From the NCBI RefSeq assembly GCF_044704955.1, contig NC_091997.1, positions 28,272,001-28,336,000 on the forward strand: a DNA stretch of 64,000 nt, given 5' to 3'. Source of the DNA: Pristiophorus japonicus. Lineage: Eukaryota. Position numbers and translations under genes: made by a program. Positions 48,501-57,399 of this stretch are shown here, piece by piece. The notes beneath the pieces are model-generated. The model was not told the origin of the DNA and did no database searches. It saw nothing but the letters and a program-made list of their open reading frames with translations. The first letter of the stretch is position 1. Every line of letters begins with the position of its first letter.

Positions 48501-51217
48501 TGTCCAGAAAAATCCATATCCAGAGCAGGCCAAGTCTCAATGGTTCTGGATAAGGGAGGTTCAACCTGCACGTGAAAAGGAAAAATTTGCAGAGCTATGG
48601 GGAAAGAGCAGGGCAGTGGGTCTAATTGGATAGCTCTTTCCAGAGCAGTTATAGACATGATGGGCCGAATGGCCTCCAGCACCATGCTTGGAGTGTTACA
48701 ATTAGCCTTGGTGCTCCCAGGTTTTTGGGGAGACGGTGGAGTGGGAGGGTGATGATATCAAAAGGGTTGTAGTCCTGACCATTAGATAGTGGTGCCGTTT
48801 TTCGGATGAGGCTATCGCCGGAGGCTCCACCTGTCTATTCTATTGGGTGTAAAAGATCGCATAGTACTATTTGAAGAGTGGAGTTCTTCCTCAGCTGACA
48901 CCATGTAAACCAATTTTAAAAAGTTACTTGATTCATTTGATGTCTGAGATTTCACTGTATGCAAATAGTTGCTGTTTTCCTCAATAAGTGACTACACTTC
49001 AAAAGTAATTAATCAGCTGTGAAATGCTCTGAGAATTCTTGAGGATATGAAAGGTGTTATTTAAATGCAAATTCTTCTTTCGAATGTGTCTGCAGCAAAA
49101 TATTACTCTTGACTGTTCGGTTGATCAGAAGTATTTTATCAATGAAAATAACGTATTCTGTTGTAGATCCACTGAATTTTGTCTTGAAACTCAGAAGGGC
49201 TCAAAAGGCTGCAACACAGAACGCATTATCGGATGCATTCCAGAAAATCCTCCTTGTTGTCCTGGGTAAAGTTGTAATTTGCACATTTTTAGCTTTTTGG
49301 AAGTAGCCCAAATATAGAACAGATTTGATTCAAAATGTCAAGGTGGCCGACAGATTGGGTCCCCTCGGAACAGGAGAAATGTTGAATGGTGAAAATTCGA
49401 GCAACTCTGCGGAAAGGATGACTATGAAACAGCTATTCTCTAAGGGCAAAAGTCGGACATAGCTGCTCGAGCAGCTTTCGATAAATTATCAGCATTAGTC
49501 CTGAATAAGTGACTTGAAAAATAATTAATTGGCTGTGAAACGCTCTTAAAGCATTTGGATGGATATCCGGTCACTGGGTGCATTTTGAGTGCAGAAATGT
49601 AACCCTACGGCTTTTTATTCCCCACCCCCACCGGCTCTTTTTCTCCACCTGACCCTTTGTTGGAGTCCTTAAAATAGTGATGGATTACTTGATCTAGATA
49701 GGTGGAGGACTAGGGCATATCCAGTACAAGTTATGAAAGCATGGTGTTACATTAGATACTAGGAAGTACTTTTTGCAGTGTGTCTTCAATCTCTCGTAAG
49801 TCACCACCATGTGTGGTTAGTGCAGATTCGATGCAAGCATTTAAAAGGGAGATAGAAAAATTCCTATAAGTGGAAAGCATCTCGAGCTATTTGAAGGTTT
49901 GTGGGAATTTGGGGGCTAATATCAGTTACCGTGGTCTCCTAGAGCAAGGTTAGTTGCCTTTGGGGGTTGGAGAGAAATTTCCTATAGCTTCTTTTTCCTA
50001 AATTGTGTCAGCTATGGCTCCGTGGGTAGCACTCTCACCTCTGAGTCAGAAGGTTGTGGGTTCAAGTCCCACTCCAGGGACTTGAACACTAAAATCTAAG
50101 CTGACCCTACAGTGCAATACTGGGGCAGTGCTGCATTGTCTGAGGTGCTGTCTTGCAGATGAGACATTAAACCAAGACCGTGTCTGCTCTCTCAGGTAAA
50201 AGATCCCATAGCACTATTTCGGAGAGAAGGGCAGTTCTCCCAACATTTATCCACATCACTTAAAAACAGATTATCTGGTCATTATCACATTGTTGTTTGT
50301 GGGAGCTTGCTGTGCGCAATTGGCTGCTGCATTTCCTACATTACAACAGTGACTACACTCCAAAAGTACTTCATTGGTAGTAAAGCACTTTGGGACGTCC
50401 TGAGGTCATTCATGAAAGGGGCTAAATAAATGCATGTCTTTCTTTAAATTGGCTTGAGTTTTTTTCCTTTTTGCCACTTGTAAGAGATTGCATGATTTTG
50501 GTGGGGAGGAATGGGGGTGAAAGTGCAACCTTCACACACCCTGTCTGTATGGGATAGGCTTGATGGACTAGCTGGTCTTTACCTGGCCTTTATTTGCTTG
50601 CATTCATCTTGGAAAGTTTTTGCTCTTTATATATCCATATCAGACATGCTGCTTTTTATTGACAATTTAAAAGTTCTATGAATCCTATGTTTGAGATGCT
50701 GTTATTTTTTCTGCAGCTGTAGGGGTGAGGACTGATTTCCCCCCCCCCCCCCCCCCCCCCCCGCCTCCATCTCTGTTTCTTGTAGGGAATGGGAAGGTGT
50801 CTGTGCAATGGAGCTTGGAACAGGATGAAACTGATTGTTTCACAGAGGAGGAACTTCAAACACAACTGCAGGTACAATCACTGGGATCAATATGGGGAAC
50901 ACCTCTATGGGAATTCAAAATGTGTATAGTGTAATAAAGTATCTCTCTGTCATATGATGCAAAGTCACTTTTGCTTTATGATTATTGAGTCTGTACTCAT
51001 GCTCTGGTAGAACCATTACAATTCAATTCCTGTGTGTAATTTTCTCTCTTTACATCTGATTCTTGTGCTTAGCAGTAACCTTGGATAAAACTATTTTGGA
51101 TTTGTTTTTCTTCAGGTAAATGACATTTCATGGAGTCAGTTTGAACATGAGGGGCAGGAAGAAATTCTGTCTGATCTCAGTTTAAATACAGAGACTATAG
51201 AAGGAATTGAAACATGA
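33378..51217 (+). CDS. RDM1: RAD52 motif-containing protein 1 (RRM plus RAD52-like motif), 7 coding exons, 891 nt, 296 aa
   Basis: join(33378-33500,33900-34079,39240-39371,44476-44644,49167-49265,50786-50871,51116-51217), GT-AG, phases consistent. Motifs KTLFV, FSEFGLLY, NAAVAEPGYYAVVKFYS, KCQELANYYLGF, ALSDAFQKILLVVL match RDM1 as recalled. Start codon less certain. Confidence 0.93.
33510..33860 (+). repeat. GA/G-rich compound tandem repeat filling RDM1 intron 1
   Basis: (GA)n runs and a recurring unit ccattgctggggtgga(a/g)gattgagggagggaacagacgctgctgg at 33641 and 33741. Confidence 0.85.
33900..34079 (+). CDS. RDM1: RDM1 exon 2 (RRM)
   Basis: ccatag|GAC...AAG|gtgagc; DCIFKVFSEFGLLYFVRLCRNAAVAEPGYYAVVKFYSAVDASSALNGTNKQCLFQEVPLK. 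Confidence 0.93.
34375..34760 (-). mobile_element. DeuSINE/SacSINE1-like SINE
   Basis: Reverse complement of the SINE family with an internal deletion. Confidence 0.85.
34921..36094. mobile_element. TIR element (Harbinger-type MITE) containing a CR1 3' fragment (35165-35658, +)
   Basis: Ends ggtccagaatttgcgg and ccacaaattatgggcc are imperfect inverted repeats (13 of 16). Confidence 0.6.
36141..36670 (-). mobile_element. RTE LINE 3' end
   Basis: QLRWANHIVRMPDTRLPKQ...CPTCDRDCDSHIGLFSHLRIH; homolog of 831-1955. Confidence 0.9.
36675..37300 (-). mobile_element. Degenerate CR1 3' part
   Basis: ggaacaggagtaggccattcagcccctcga tail region and CR1-like downstream sequence. Confidence 0.65.
37315..37780 (+). 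mobile_element. Full-length DeuSINE/SacSINE1-like SINE
   Basis: Complete head, Deu-like domain and tail. Confidence 0.88.
38627..38954. mobile_element. Tc1-mariner/pogo (Tigger-like) MITE
   Basis: TA|caggttgaacctctctggttcgg ... ccggaccagagaggttcaacctg|TA; 22 of 23 TIR match; TA TSD. Confidence 0.85.
39240..39371 (+). CDS. RDM1: RDM1 exon 3 (RAD52-like motif)
   Basis: gtacag|GTT...GCA|gtaaga; VQMCTKQRSMKVFHEHQLSLSSIKCQELANYYLGFSGWSSRIIA. Confidence 0.93.
40610..41885 (-). mobile_element. L2 LINE RT region
   Basis: SYRPISNLPFLSKVL, VPQGSILG, FHMYADDTQLY, LQLNIGKTE. Confidence 0.9.
43493..44126 (-). mobile_element. CR1 3' part
   Basis: LGLYSLEFRRMRGDLIETYK; aacataagaa tail. Confidence 0.88.
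44476..44644 (+). CDS. RDM1: RDM1 exon 4
   Basis: atacag|CTC...ACAG|gtaaga; LQNIFDSDGCEENPREMIQPEKKNIKYLCIMEVKFINCGMCSRGIGVSEEFDQDAT. Confidence 0.88.
44953..46510. mobile_element. Minus-strand CR1 3' end split by a plus-strand CR1 (about 45257-46387)
   Basis: Outer breaks at ccagccaggggaaa and resumes at aacaacctctcagc; inner carries the 274-aa ORF 45545-46369. Confidence 0.85.
46658..47518. mobile_element. PIF/Harbinger-type non-autonomous element
   Basis: Perfect 12-bp TIR GGGCCCAATTTT / AAAATTGGGCCC with 3-bp TSD ATA on both sides. Confidence 0.75.
47840..48680 (+). mobile_element. CR1 3' part with a nested pogo-type MITE (48225-48568)
   Basis: MITE termini ta|caggttgatcctcccttatccaga and tctggataagggaggttcaacctg|ca; CR1 continues on both sides. 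Confidence 0.8.
49167..49265 (+). CDS. RDM1: RDM1 exon 5
   Basis: ttgtag|AT...CTGG|gtaaag; DPLNFVLKLRRAQKAATQNALSDAFQKILLVVL. Confidence 0.93.
50005..50445 (+). mobile_element. DeuSINE/SacSINE1-like SINE
   Basis: Head, Deu-like domain and tail present. Confidence 0.85.
50786..50871 (+). CDS. RDM1: RDM1 exon 6
   Basis: ttgtag|GG...CAG|gtacaa; GNGKVSVQWSLEQDETDCFTEEELQTQLQ. Confidence 0.9.
51116..51217 (+). CDS. RDM1: RDM1 exon 7 (coding part)
   Basis: cttcag|GTA...TGA; VNDISWSQFEHEGQEEILSDLSLNTETIEGIET*. Confidence 0.88.
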   Translation, partial: VNDISWSQFEHEGQEEILSDLSLNTETIEGIET

Positions 51218-51427
51218 AGAAACAAAATGCTCCATGTACTCCTGAGAGAAGGTGTGAATTCTCGTGACATTCTGGAATCAATGTCGTGTTAACTTTGATG
51301 TGTAAATAGAAAGTGATCTAAAATAGAAAATTGCTTTTGAAAAATTGGAACTTGATTTTCTTTTTGATCTGGCAACTTACCTTTTGGAATTGTTGTACTG
51401 ATACATTCATTCTACAAAGAATACAGC

Positions 51428-51553
51428 AATAAATGGATGTAGAGTTACTGGAATATGCTTGTGGTTTTAAAGGCTTTTGCCATAGCAATGTGTTTGCAAG
51501 TGGTGATTGTGTATAGATGCCATTTTTTTAATCTCTGGAGAATTATAAATAAA
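51428..51553 (+). terminator. Candidate RDM1 polyadenylation signals
   Basis: AATAAA at 51428-51433 and 51548-51553. Confidence 0.5.
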
Positions 51554-53208
51554 ATTTACTGTGGTGTTACAGAAACATTAAAGAACTTCTAACAGCAGCA
51601 AGTATCTGCTCTGCTGGAACTCTTAGACTTTCCTGATGACCCGTTTCGTAGCTCTGAAACAGAGTTTTTAGAGCAACCTGTTATAGGAAATTAGCTTGTG
51701 AAATTCCTGGAAGGTAACTGTCATCAACTTTACAAACAATTTTATGATTAAACTGATTCAAGTTTATTGTTCTACATGGTGTTTACAGTAACCAGGCAGT
51801 GGAACTTCCATTTCCAGTGTGGTACTTTTATATTAAAAAAAACAAAAAGGCATCAAACCTTTTGAATTAACATTGTTCTGAATTTTTTTATAGCTGTCAG
51901 TCATCCAAGCCCAAGTAAACAATTTGTTAACATCTTTAGATAGTCTCACTTAAATTATATTCTGTGTTCTATTTACAATTCATTAACTACTCACTCATGT
52001 TTGCTATGTTCATACCAAGCATCCCAAAACCAAGAAAAATTAAGACTCCAAAATACTGAGTGGACTCTATGTAGATGTTATTCAAAAGCATTAAAGCTTC
52101 AGTTGCAGACTTTATTCTGCACAGGATTGGTTAGTGCCTTGATATTTAAGCAATGCGTCTAAATTATTATTTCTGATTTAATGTTCTTGTTGCCACAAAA
52201 TATGTCTGGGTTATAATTCTAGGAATCCTGGCTAAAAATGGCCATTTACAAACTGCTGGATTTCATTTTGGAGGGACGTCACTCCTTTACAAAACATTTC
52301 TATCTGTACATGATAAATTAAAGCATAGTGCTATTAACCTGTGCATTCTTGGTTCTTGACAAACTATAGCCTGCTAAATGTTAAGACTGATATAAAGTGT
52401 AAATATCTAATAATGTAGGGAACTTCCAACACTACTGAATTAGGTGTGTTTATTTTCTTTATTGCTTTTACACAAACTTATAATTTAAAGTGGCTAATAA
52501 TAGGTAATTATTGGGATACATCTGAACAGTCAAAATAAGTTACGCAATCACAAATTATCTATAGAGTCACATTTGGAAATTGTGCAGTTTTTGGTATTAT
52601 ACCTTCAATAAGATATCGTATTTGAAAGAGTGCAAAGAGTCATAAGGGTGATTCTGGGATCTTGGATTTTGAGTTGTGAAAGGAGAGTTACTTAACTTGG
52701 ATGAGAAGTGAACCAAAATCATGTAGATTCAAGAAGGTTATTTAATTTGGACTGTAAATGTACAATAAAACCTCAATCAAGACTTGGTCCTAGAAATTCG
52801 GCCGCACAGCACCCACTTTTCAGGCGCTAAATGGCCTAAGGTGCAAATATGACAGGCAAGATACGCAGGCGATATTTAAAGGGATCATGCAGTACTTGCA
52901 GGTTCATTGCTGGTTTTTCATTTCGGGCTGCTGGTAACATCTGGGTTTTTTTGCTGTGCTTTATTACTGTGGAAACTTTATTTTGTCTGCTGAGAAGATT
53001 TTTGCAGCTGTACGGTCGTTGGCTGCAGTCTGGCAGGGATTCCTTCGTGGCTAGAGGACACTGGAGAGCAGGAGCAGCTGCCAGTAGAGAGGAGGTTGTT
53101 ACTGTACTTGGCTTCATCAAGGAAGCTGCCACTGAGCTATATCATCTGTTGCAGCCGTAAACTAGGGTATGGACATCACTGCCTGTGGCTGTCAAGGTTA
53201 CTGTCGCC

Positions 53209-53373
53209 CAATATTCCCCCCGATTTTTTTGTTTGGGTGCAGGGCCCCTTTAACGGGATGCGCGGCCCATTCACAATTTTGCGCATGCCCACAATCTCTC
53301 ATAGCAATGCCTGGAAGTGGTTGCGCGTGACCTCCACGTAGCTGCGTGTCTGTGCAACTTAGCGGGAATGTTG
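53209..53373. mobile_element. 165-bp hAT-type MITE inside the transposase
   Basis: TIR caatattccc / gggaatgttg; 8-bp TSD CTGTCGCC / CTGTCACC. Confidence 0.8.
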
Positions 53374-53653
53374 CTGTCACCTTTAACTTTGATGCCACTG
53401 GTTCTTTCCAGGCTGCAGCAGGTGACACTAGCGACATATTCTCGTTCGTAGTACACTGATCTATCGGGGAGGTCACTGAGGCTCTACGGGGGCAAGGAAC
53501 ACCGACATCCTCTCTATGGACAGAGTGAAGTAGTATGAGAGCACTCTGGTTTTGCCCGCATGCTTCCCCAGAGCCCACAACAGTATAGATTGCAAACACA
53601 TGACCTTGCATGCCGCCTATCGCCAACCTACCATCTTTGTCAATTGTCAGGAA

Positions 53654-54032
53654 ACTCTTTGAGTCTACCTGCAAAAACAAAAAACATTAAACCGTGCCAC
53701 CCAACCTGGGTGACACACCAGACATTTACAAGGCCCTTTTTTTTTTCCCCCTTTTTTTTTTTTAGTTTTTTTTTGTGTTTTTCTTTTTTTGGTTTTTTTT
53801 TTGGGGCACTAAAATCACAATTTTTCCCCAGTGCCCCCTATAAAAGGGAAGGGGGACACTAAAAGCACCGGCAATTAAAACAAATTAAACTTTAAAACGT
53901 AAAATCAAATTAAAATTTGGTTGCCGGGCGTGATGATGCACTCCAGTCCCTCCGGTGCCCACCTCTCGCGGAAGGCCACGAGCGTACCGGTGGACACCGC
54001 GTGCTCCATCTCCAAGGATACCCTGGACCGGA
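53654..54032 (-). mobile_element. Tx1/L1-clade LINE 3' end inside the transposase
   Basis: Perfect 14-bp TSD TCAATTGTCAGGAA (53640-53653 and 54033-54046); minus strand encodes RSRVSLEMEHAVSTGTLVAFRERWAPEGLECIITPGNQILI*, which resembles Tx1-type ORF2 C-termini. Confidence 0.75.
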
Positions 54033-54589
54033 TCAATTGTCAGGAATTCCACTCCCTCAACATACAGCTGATTTTTGACCACAGGCAGCGTGTCATGCAG
54101 GTATGTGCCCGCTAACTTGGCAGTATTCATGACTCTTGAATCCTGTGCAAATCCTCTGTGCTGTCTTAATTAACCAGGCTGGCTATGGGACAACAAGGGC
54201 TATTCCCTCCAGACATTGCTCATGACTTCTGTTGAAGCCTCGCAGAGCTGCATAGCAAGTCTACAACACGAGCCATGCTGTCACAACAAACATCAACGAG
54301 CAAGCAATTGGCATGCTCAAGCAATGCTTCTGCTGCCTGGTGCATCTTCTGGAAGGCTGGCCTACTCTTCCTCCAGTGACACTGGGGCTTCCACAGTGAA
54401 AGAGAGGGATACGGAGAGGAAAGGGAGCATAGAGAAATGGGGGATGAGTGGGGTGAGTTAATCAGAAGGACCAAGGTGGATCAGATATTTTAAAAAACCC
54501 TGCACAACATCCCCAGTGTTCCTAATTGCCACAACCTTGACTCTGCCCTGGAGTACGATGGCCAACACGTTTTCTTTGAGGGGGTGAAA

Positions 54590-55147
54590 GGACGTGATAG
54601 CGGGCTTGCTCTCTTGAGGTGTGTGTGACATTGTCCTGCAAAAAAGAGTGCGTTAGAGTCTTATAAGGTGTTTAGAGAATGTGCCTGTTATGGTGGAATA
54701 CCTGGTAGTCAATGTGAGTTGTCGGTAAATGAGGATTATAATAGTGGTAAGTGTGAGGAGTAAGAGATTTATTGAAGTGTGGTGCAATAATTGAATGAGA
54801 ATGAAGGGAAACGAAGGTGAGTCTTATGATTAATGTAAGTGGTGGAGGTGTGAGCAGAGTTAGAGAACAGTATTCTTACCTTGACTAGTATAGTAAGGTC
54901 ATTGAACTTCTTCCAGCATTGCAGCCATTTCCTGGGTGTTAGGCTCCTGGCATTTACTTTCTCTGTGACATCTTCCCATTGCCAGCGTAGTTGCTGACTG
55001 GAGGGCTTTCTTCTTGCTGGGGGTGGGGGAAGTATGTTTCTCCTGATGGGGTGGGGGAAGTATGTTTCTCCTGATCACCGCCTGTACCAGGGCCTCCAAG
55101 GCAGTATTCGAGAACCTTGGTGCTCTCTTGACGCATGTTTCAGCCAT
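54590..55147 (-). pseudogene. Harbinger Myb/SANT-like DNA-binding protein, two exons, frameshifted
   Basis: MAETCVKRAPRFSNTALEALVQAVIRR...WEDVTEKVNARSLTPRKWLQCWKKFNDL; GT-AG intron 54879-54636 on -; 28-bp tandem duplication near 55020-55075. Confidence 0.8.
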
Positions 55148-55935
55148 ATCTGAGATAATGAACATCTGCTTCGGAAGGAACTTGATGGTTTTAAGGATAG
55201 GGACAAGTAGAGAAATAATTGCATGTTATTTAAGACAATTTGTATCCCTCAATCAACATAACAAAAAAACAGATTATCTAGTCATTATCACATTGCTGTT
55301 TGTGGGAGCTTGCTTGTGTGCAAATTGGCTGCCACGTTGACTACACTCCAAGTACTTAATTGGCTGTAAAGTGCTTTGAGGCGACCAGTGGTCGTGAAAG
55401 GCGCTATATAAATCCAACACTTTCTATGATTTTTGAGCTGTTGGGTTGTGAAAATATCCTGCCACGAAAGGAAATTGAACTTCAATGTATAAGAAATCAA
55501 CACACAATATGGAAAAGAACACTGGTTAAATAAATTTCCCAAATAGTGGAATTTGCTGATAAATTAAGGGGATCGCTATACAGTATATTATACATTTTTA
55601 AAATGTTGTTAGCCATGTTGTGAATCACTCTTATGGACTAAAATCTATCAAACCTCCATGTACGATAAAATGTTCCCTCCATATACCTACAGTTTATATA
55701 TTTGTCTGAATTTCCAACATCGGGGTGGCTTGCGGCTCTCCAGTCATCTGTTTGAAAAGATAGGCATGCATAAGCTGTTCGACGACGAGCACTTGAGTGA
55801 TAGGTTTGGTATCTCTTCAGAGAGGGTTGCATGGGTTGGTATCTCTTGCTGCATGGATGTGAAGGACACACAGAAGAACCTGTCAAAGCTATTAGTATGA
55901 GTTGAGGATGGGGAGCAAGGTGATCATCCCCCATC

Positions 55936-56190
55936 CATCATCATAGGCAGTCCCTCAAAATCGAGGACGACTTGTTCCCACTCTAAAAGTGAGTTCTCAA
56001 GTGACTATACAGTTCAATACCGGAATTACAGTCTCTGTCACAGCTAGGACAGGCAGTCGTTGAAGGAAAGGGTGGGTGGGGAGCCTAGTTTGCCGCATGG
56101 TCCTTCCGTTGCCTACGCTTGTTTTCTGCGTGCTCTCGCCGACGAGACTCGAGGTGCTCAGCGCCCTCCCCAGATGCTCTTCCTCCAGTT
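55936..56190 (-). mobile_element. RTE LINE 3' end
   Basis: catcatcataggcagtccctc tail; homolog of 831-1100. Confidence 0.88.
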
Positions 56191-56316
56191 AGGATGTGAA
56201 GGGCACATGATGCTCTTCCACCATTTAGAATGTGAAGGACACTAGATGCTCTTCCTCCACTTAAGATGTGAAGGAGCCAGGATGCTCTTCCTCCACTTAG
56301 GATGTGAAGGACACAT
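56173..56316. repeat. 36-bp tandem repeat x4 at the RTE 5' junction
   Basis: Units at 56173, 56209, 56245 and 56281: gatgctcttcctccactt + aggatgtgaaggacacat. Confidence 0.9.
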
Positions 56317-56524
56317 CACTTAGGACACACAGAAGAACCTACCAAACCTATTAGTATAGGGAAGCTTCCCCCCTGTCCCCATGAGTTGAGGATGGAGAGC
56401 AAGGTGGTCATGCCCTCCCAACCACCCACCCACACACACAATCCCTCGTGCTCTGCCTGGGCCAGTGCCATGGAGAAAGAAAGAGAGAGATTGTATGCTC
56501 CTTGGGTTTTTCTTTGGTGACCTC

Positions 56525-56660
56525 TTCGGCCAGCGCGCGTGGGCGCGGCGCACGTGTGCAGGGGCCGGCGACGTCACACAATGGGAAGGAACGCGCTGCC
56601 TTGGCAACCAATGGACCGGGCAGCAACCACTCGGGCCAGCGCCTGACAGCGGCTTGGGGA
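56525..56660 (+). promoter_or_regulatory. CpG-rich promoter of the LRRC37-like gene
   Basis: E-box CACGTG (56551), CRE-like CGACGTCA (56569), RFX X-box GCTGCCTTGGCAAC (56595-56608), CCAAT (56608), high CpG density. Confidence 0.65.
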
Positions 56661-57166
56661 AGGGAAACATGGCATCAATGGTATCGACGGGGCCAGCGGC
56701 CTTGAGATCCTCCTGCCCGGCCTCGGCGTGAGCGACCAACACGGGTGTCGAGCAGGGACCCCGAGCATCCCAGACACGGACGGGGGAAGGCCTGGGCTCG
56801 CTCACCGAGACTCAGGCCCTACGGCCTCCTAGGCTTCGAGGCCTCCCTCTTGTGGCCCTGCAGCTTTGCATCCCCCTCATTTTTTGGGGGGGCCCCCCCA
56901 AACTTTCGAGCCTCAGTCAACAGGGTGGCCTTTGGCTGGAGATAGAGGAACCAGCACCAGCAGAGGAACCACCACCAGCAGCAGGCCTCTTGAGATTTAA
57001 GGGATTTATTCACTGGGCGACAGACCCAGCAGGTTATTTTTTTGAGATCAGATTCCTGTTTGTTCAGTTCTTCCTTCTACATTCTGGACATCAGATCTCT
57101 GGGCATCGGGCACCGAGCGGCCCACTAGCCCAGGCGTGGGGTTCAGCGATTTAGCGTGTAAAAATA

Positions 57167-57399
57167 ATGGCAATAGCCCATGTTGTGGTGGCACTGCTGC
57201 TTTTTGGGCATTTTTATGTTGGTCAAATGCAGAGCATCCCCACCACCGCCACCACAATGAACAAAGAATCTCAAAATGCCTCCTGCCCCATTTTGTGCAC
57301 GTGTACCTCTTGGTTGCTATCCTGCATCGGGGCTGGGAAATGGCATCAGCTGGATAATGTGCCATTCATCAGAGGGTCGTCGTACATATTCAACACTCT
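57167..57399 (+). CDS. LRRC37: First coding exon of a leucine-rich-repeat protein, LRRC37-like (signal peptide plus LRR N-terminal cap); gene continues beyond this exon
   Basis: MAIAHVVVALLLFGHFYVGQMQS signal peptide; CPILCTCTSWLLSCIGAGKWHQLDNVPFIRGSSYIFNTL cap; strong phase-2 donor ACTCT|gtaagt. Resembles the recalled human LRRC37A segment [40 protein letters not shown]. Confidence 0.65.

Larger units (their letters stand above)
53100..54365 (+). pseudogene. Harbinger DDE transposase (HARBI1-like family), disrupted
   Basis: After removing two insertions: LPVAVKVTVAFNFDATGSFQ...IDCKH...NCQEFHSLNIQLIFDHRQRVMQVCAR*LGSIHDS*...GWLWDNKGYSL...EQAIGMLKQCFCCL. Confidence 0.88.
52786..55230. mobile_element. 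Decayed autonomous-type PIF/Harbinger transposon with convergent transposase (+) and Myb/SANT (-) genes
   Basis: Left end ggtcctagaaattc; both gene remnants are translatable; right TIR not found. Confidence 0.85.

Noticed and set aside
50739-50762. Long poly-C tract before RDM1 exon 6 (similar runs near 10028, 16157, 48386)
   Set aside because: Simple homopolymers with error-prone length; a normal pyrimidine tract and AG follow, so no special function is supported
51633-51670. CTGATGA...GAAAC hammerhead-like boxes downstream of RDM1
   Set aside because: The intervening sequence cannot form stem II and no stem I is evident
53100-55147. Possible domesticated HARBI1/NAIF1 host genes
   Set aside because: Multiple stops, frameshifts, nested insertions and a transposon-like terminus indicate a dead transposon
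56173-56316. 36-bp periodic repeats resembling a CRISPR array
   Set aside because: Units are contiguous with no unique spacers, derive from an RTE/target junction, and the context is a vertebrate genome with no cas genes
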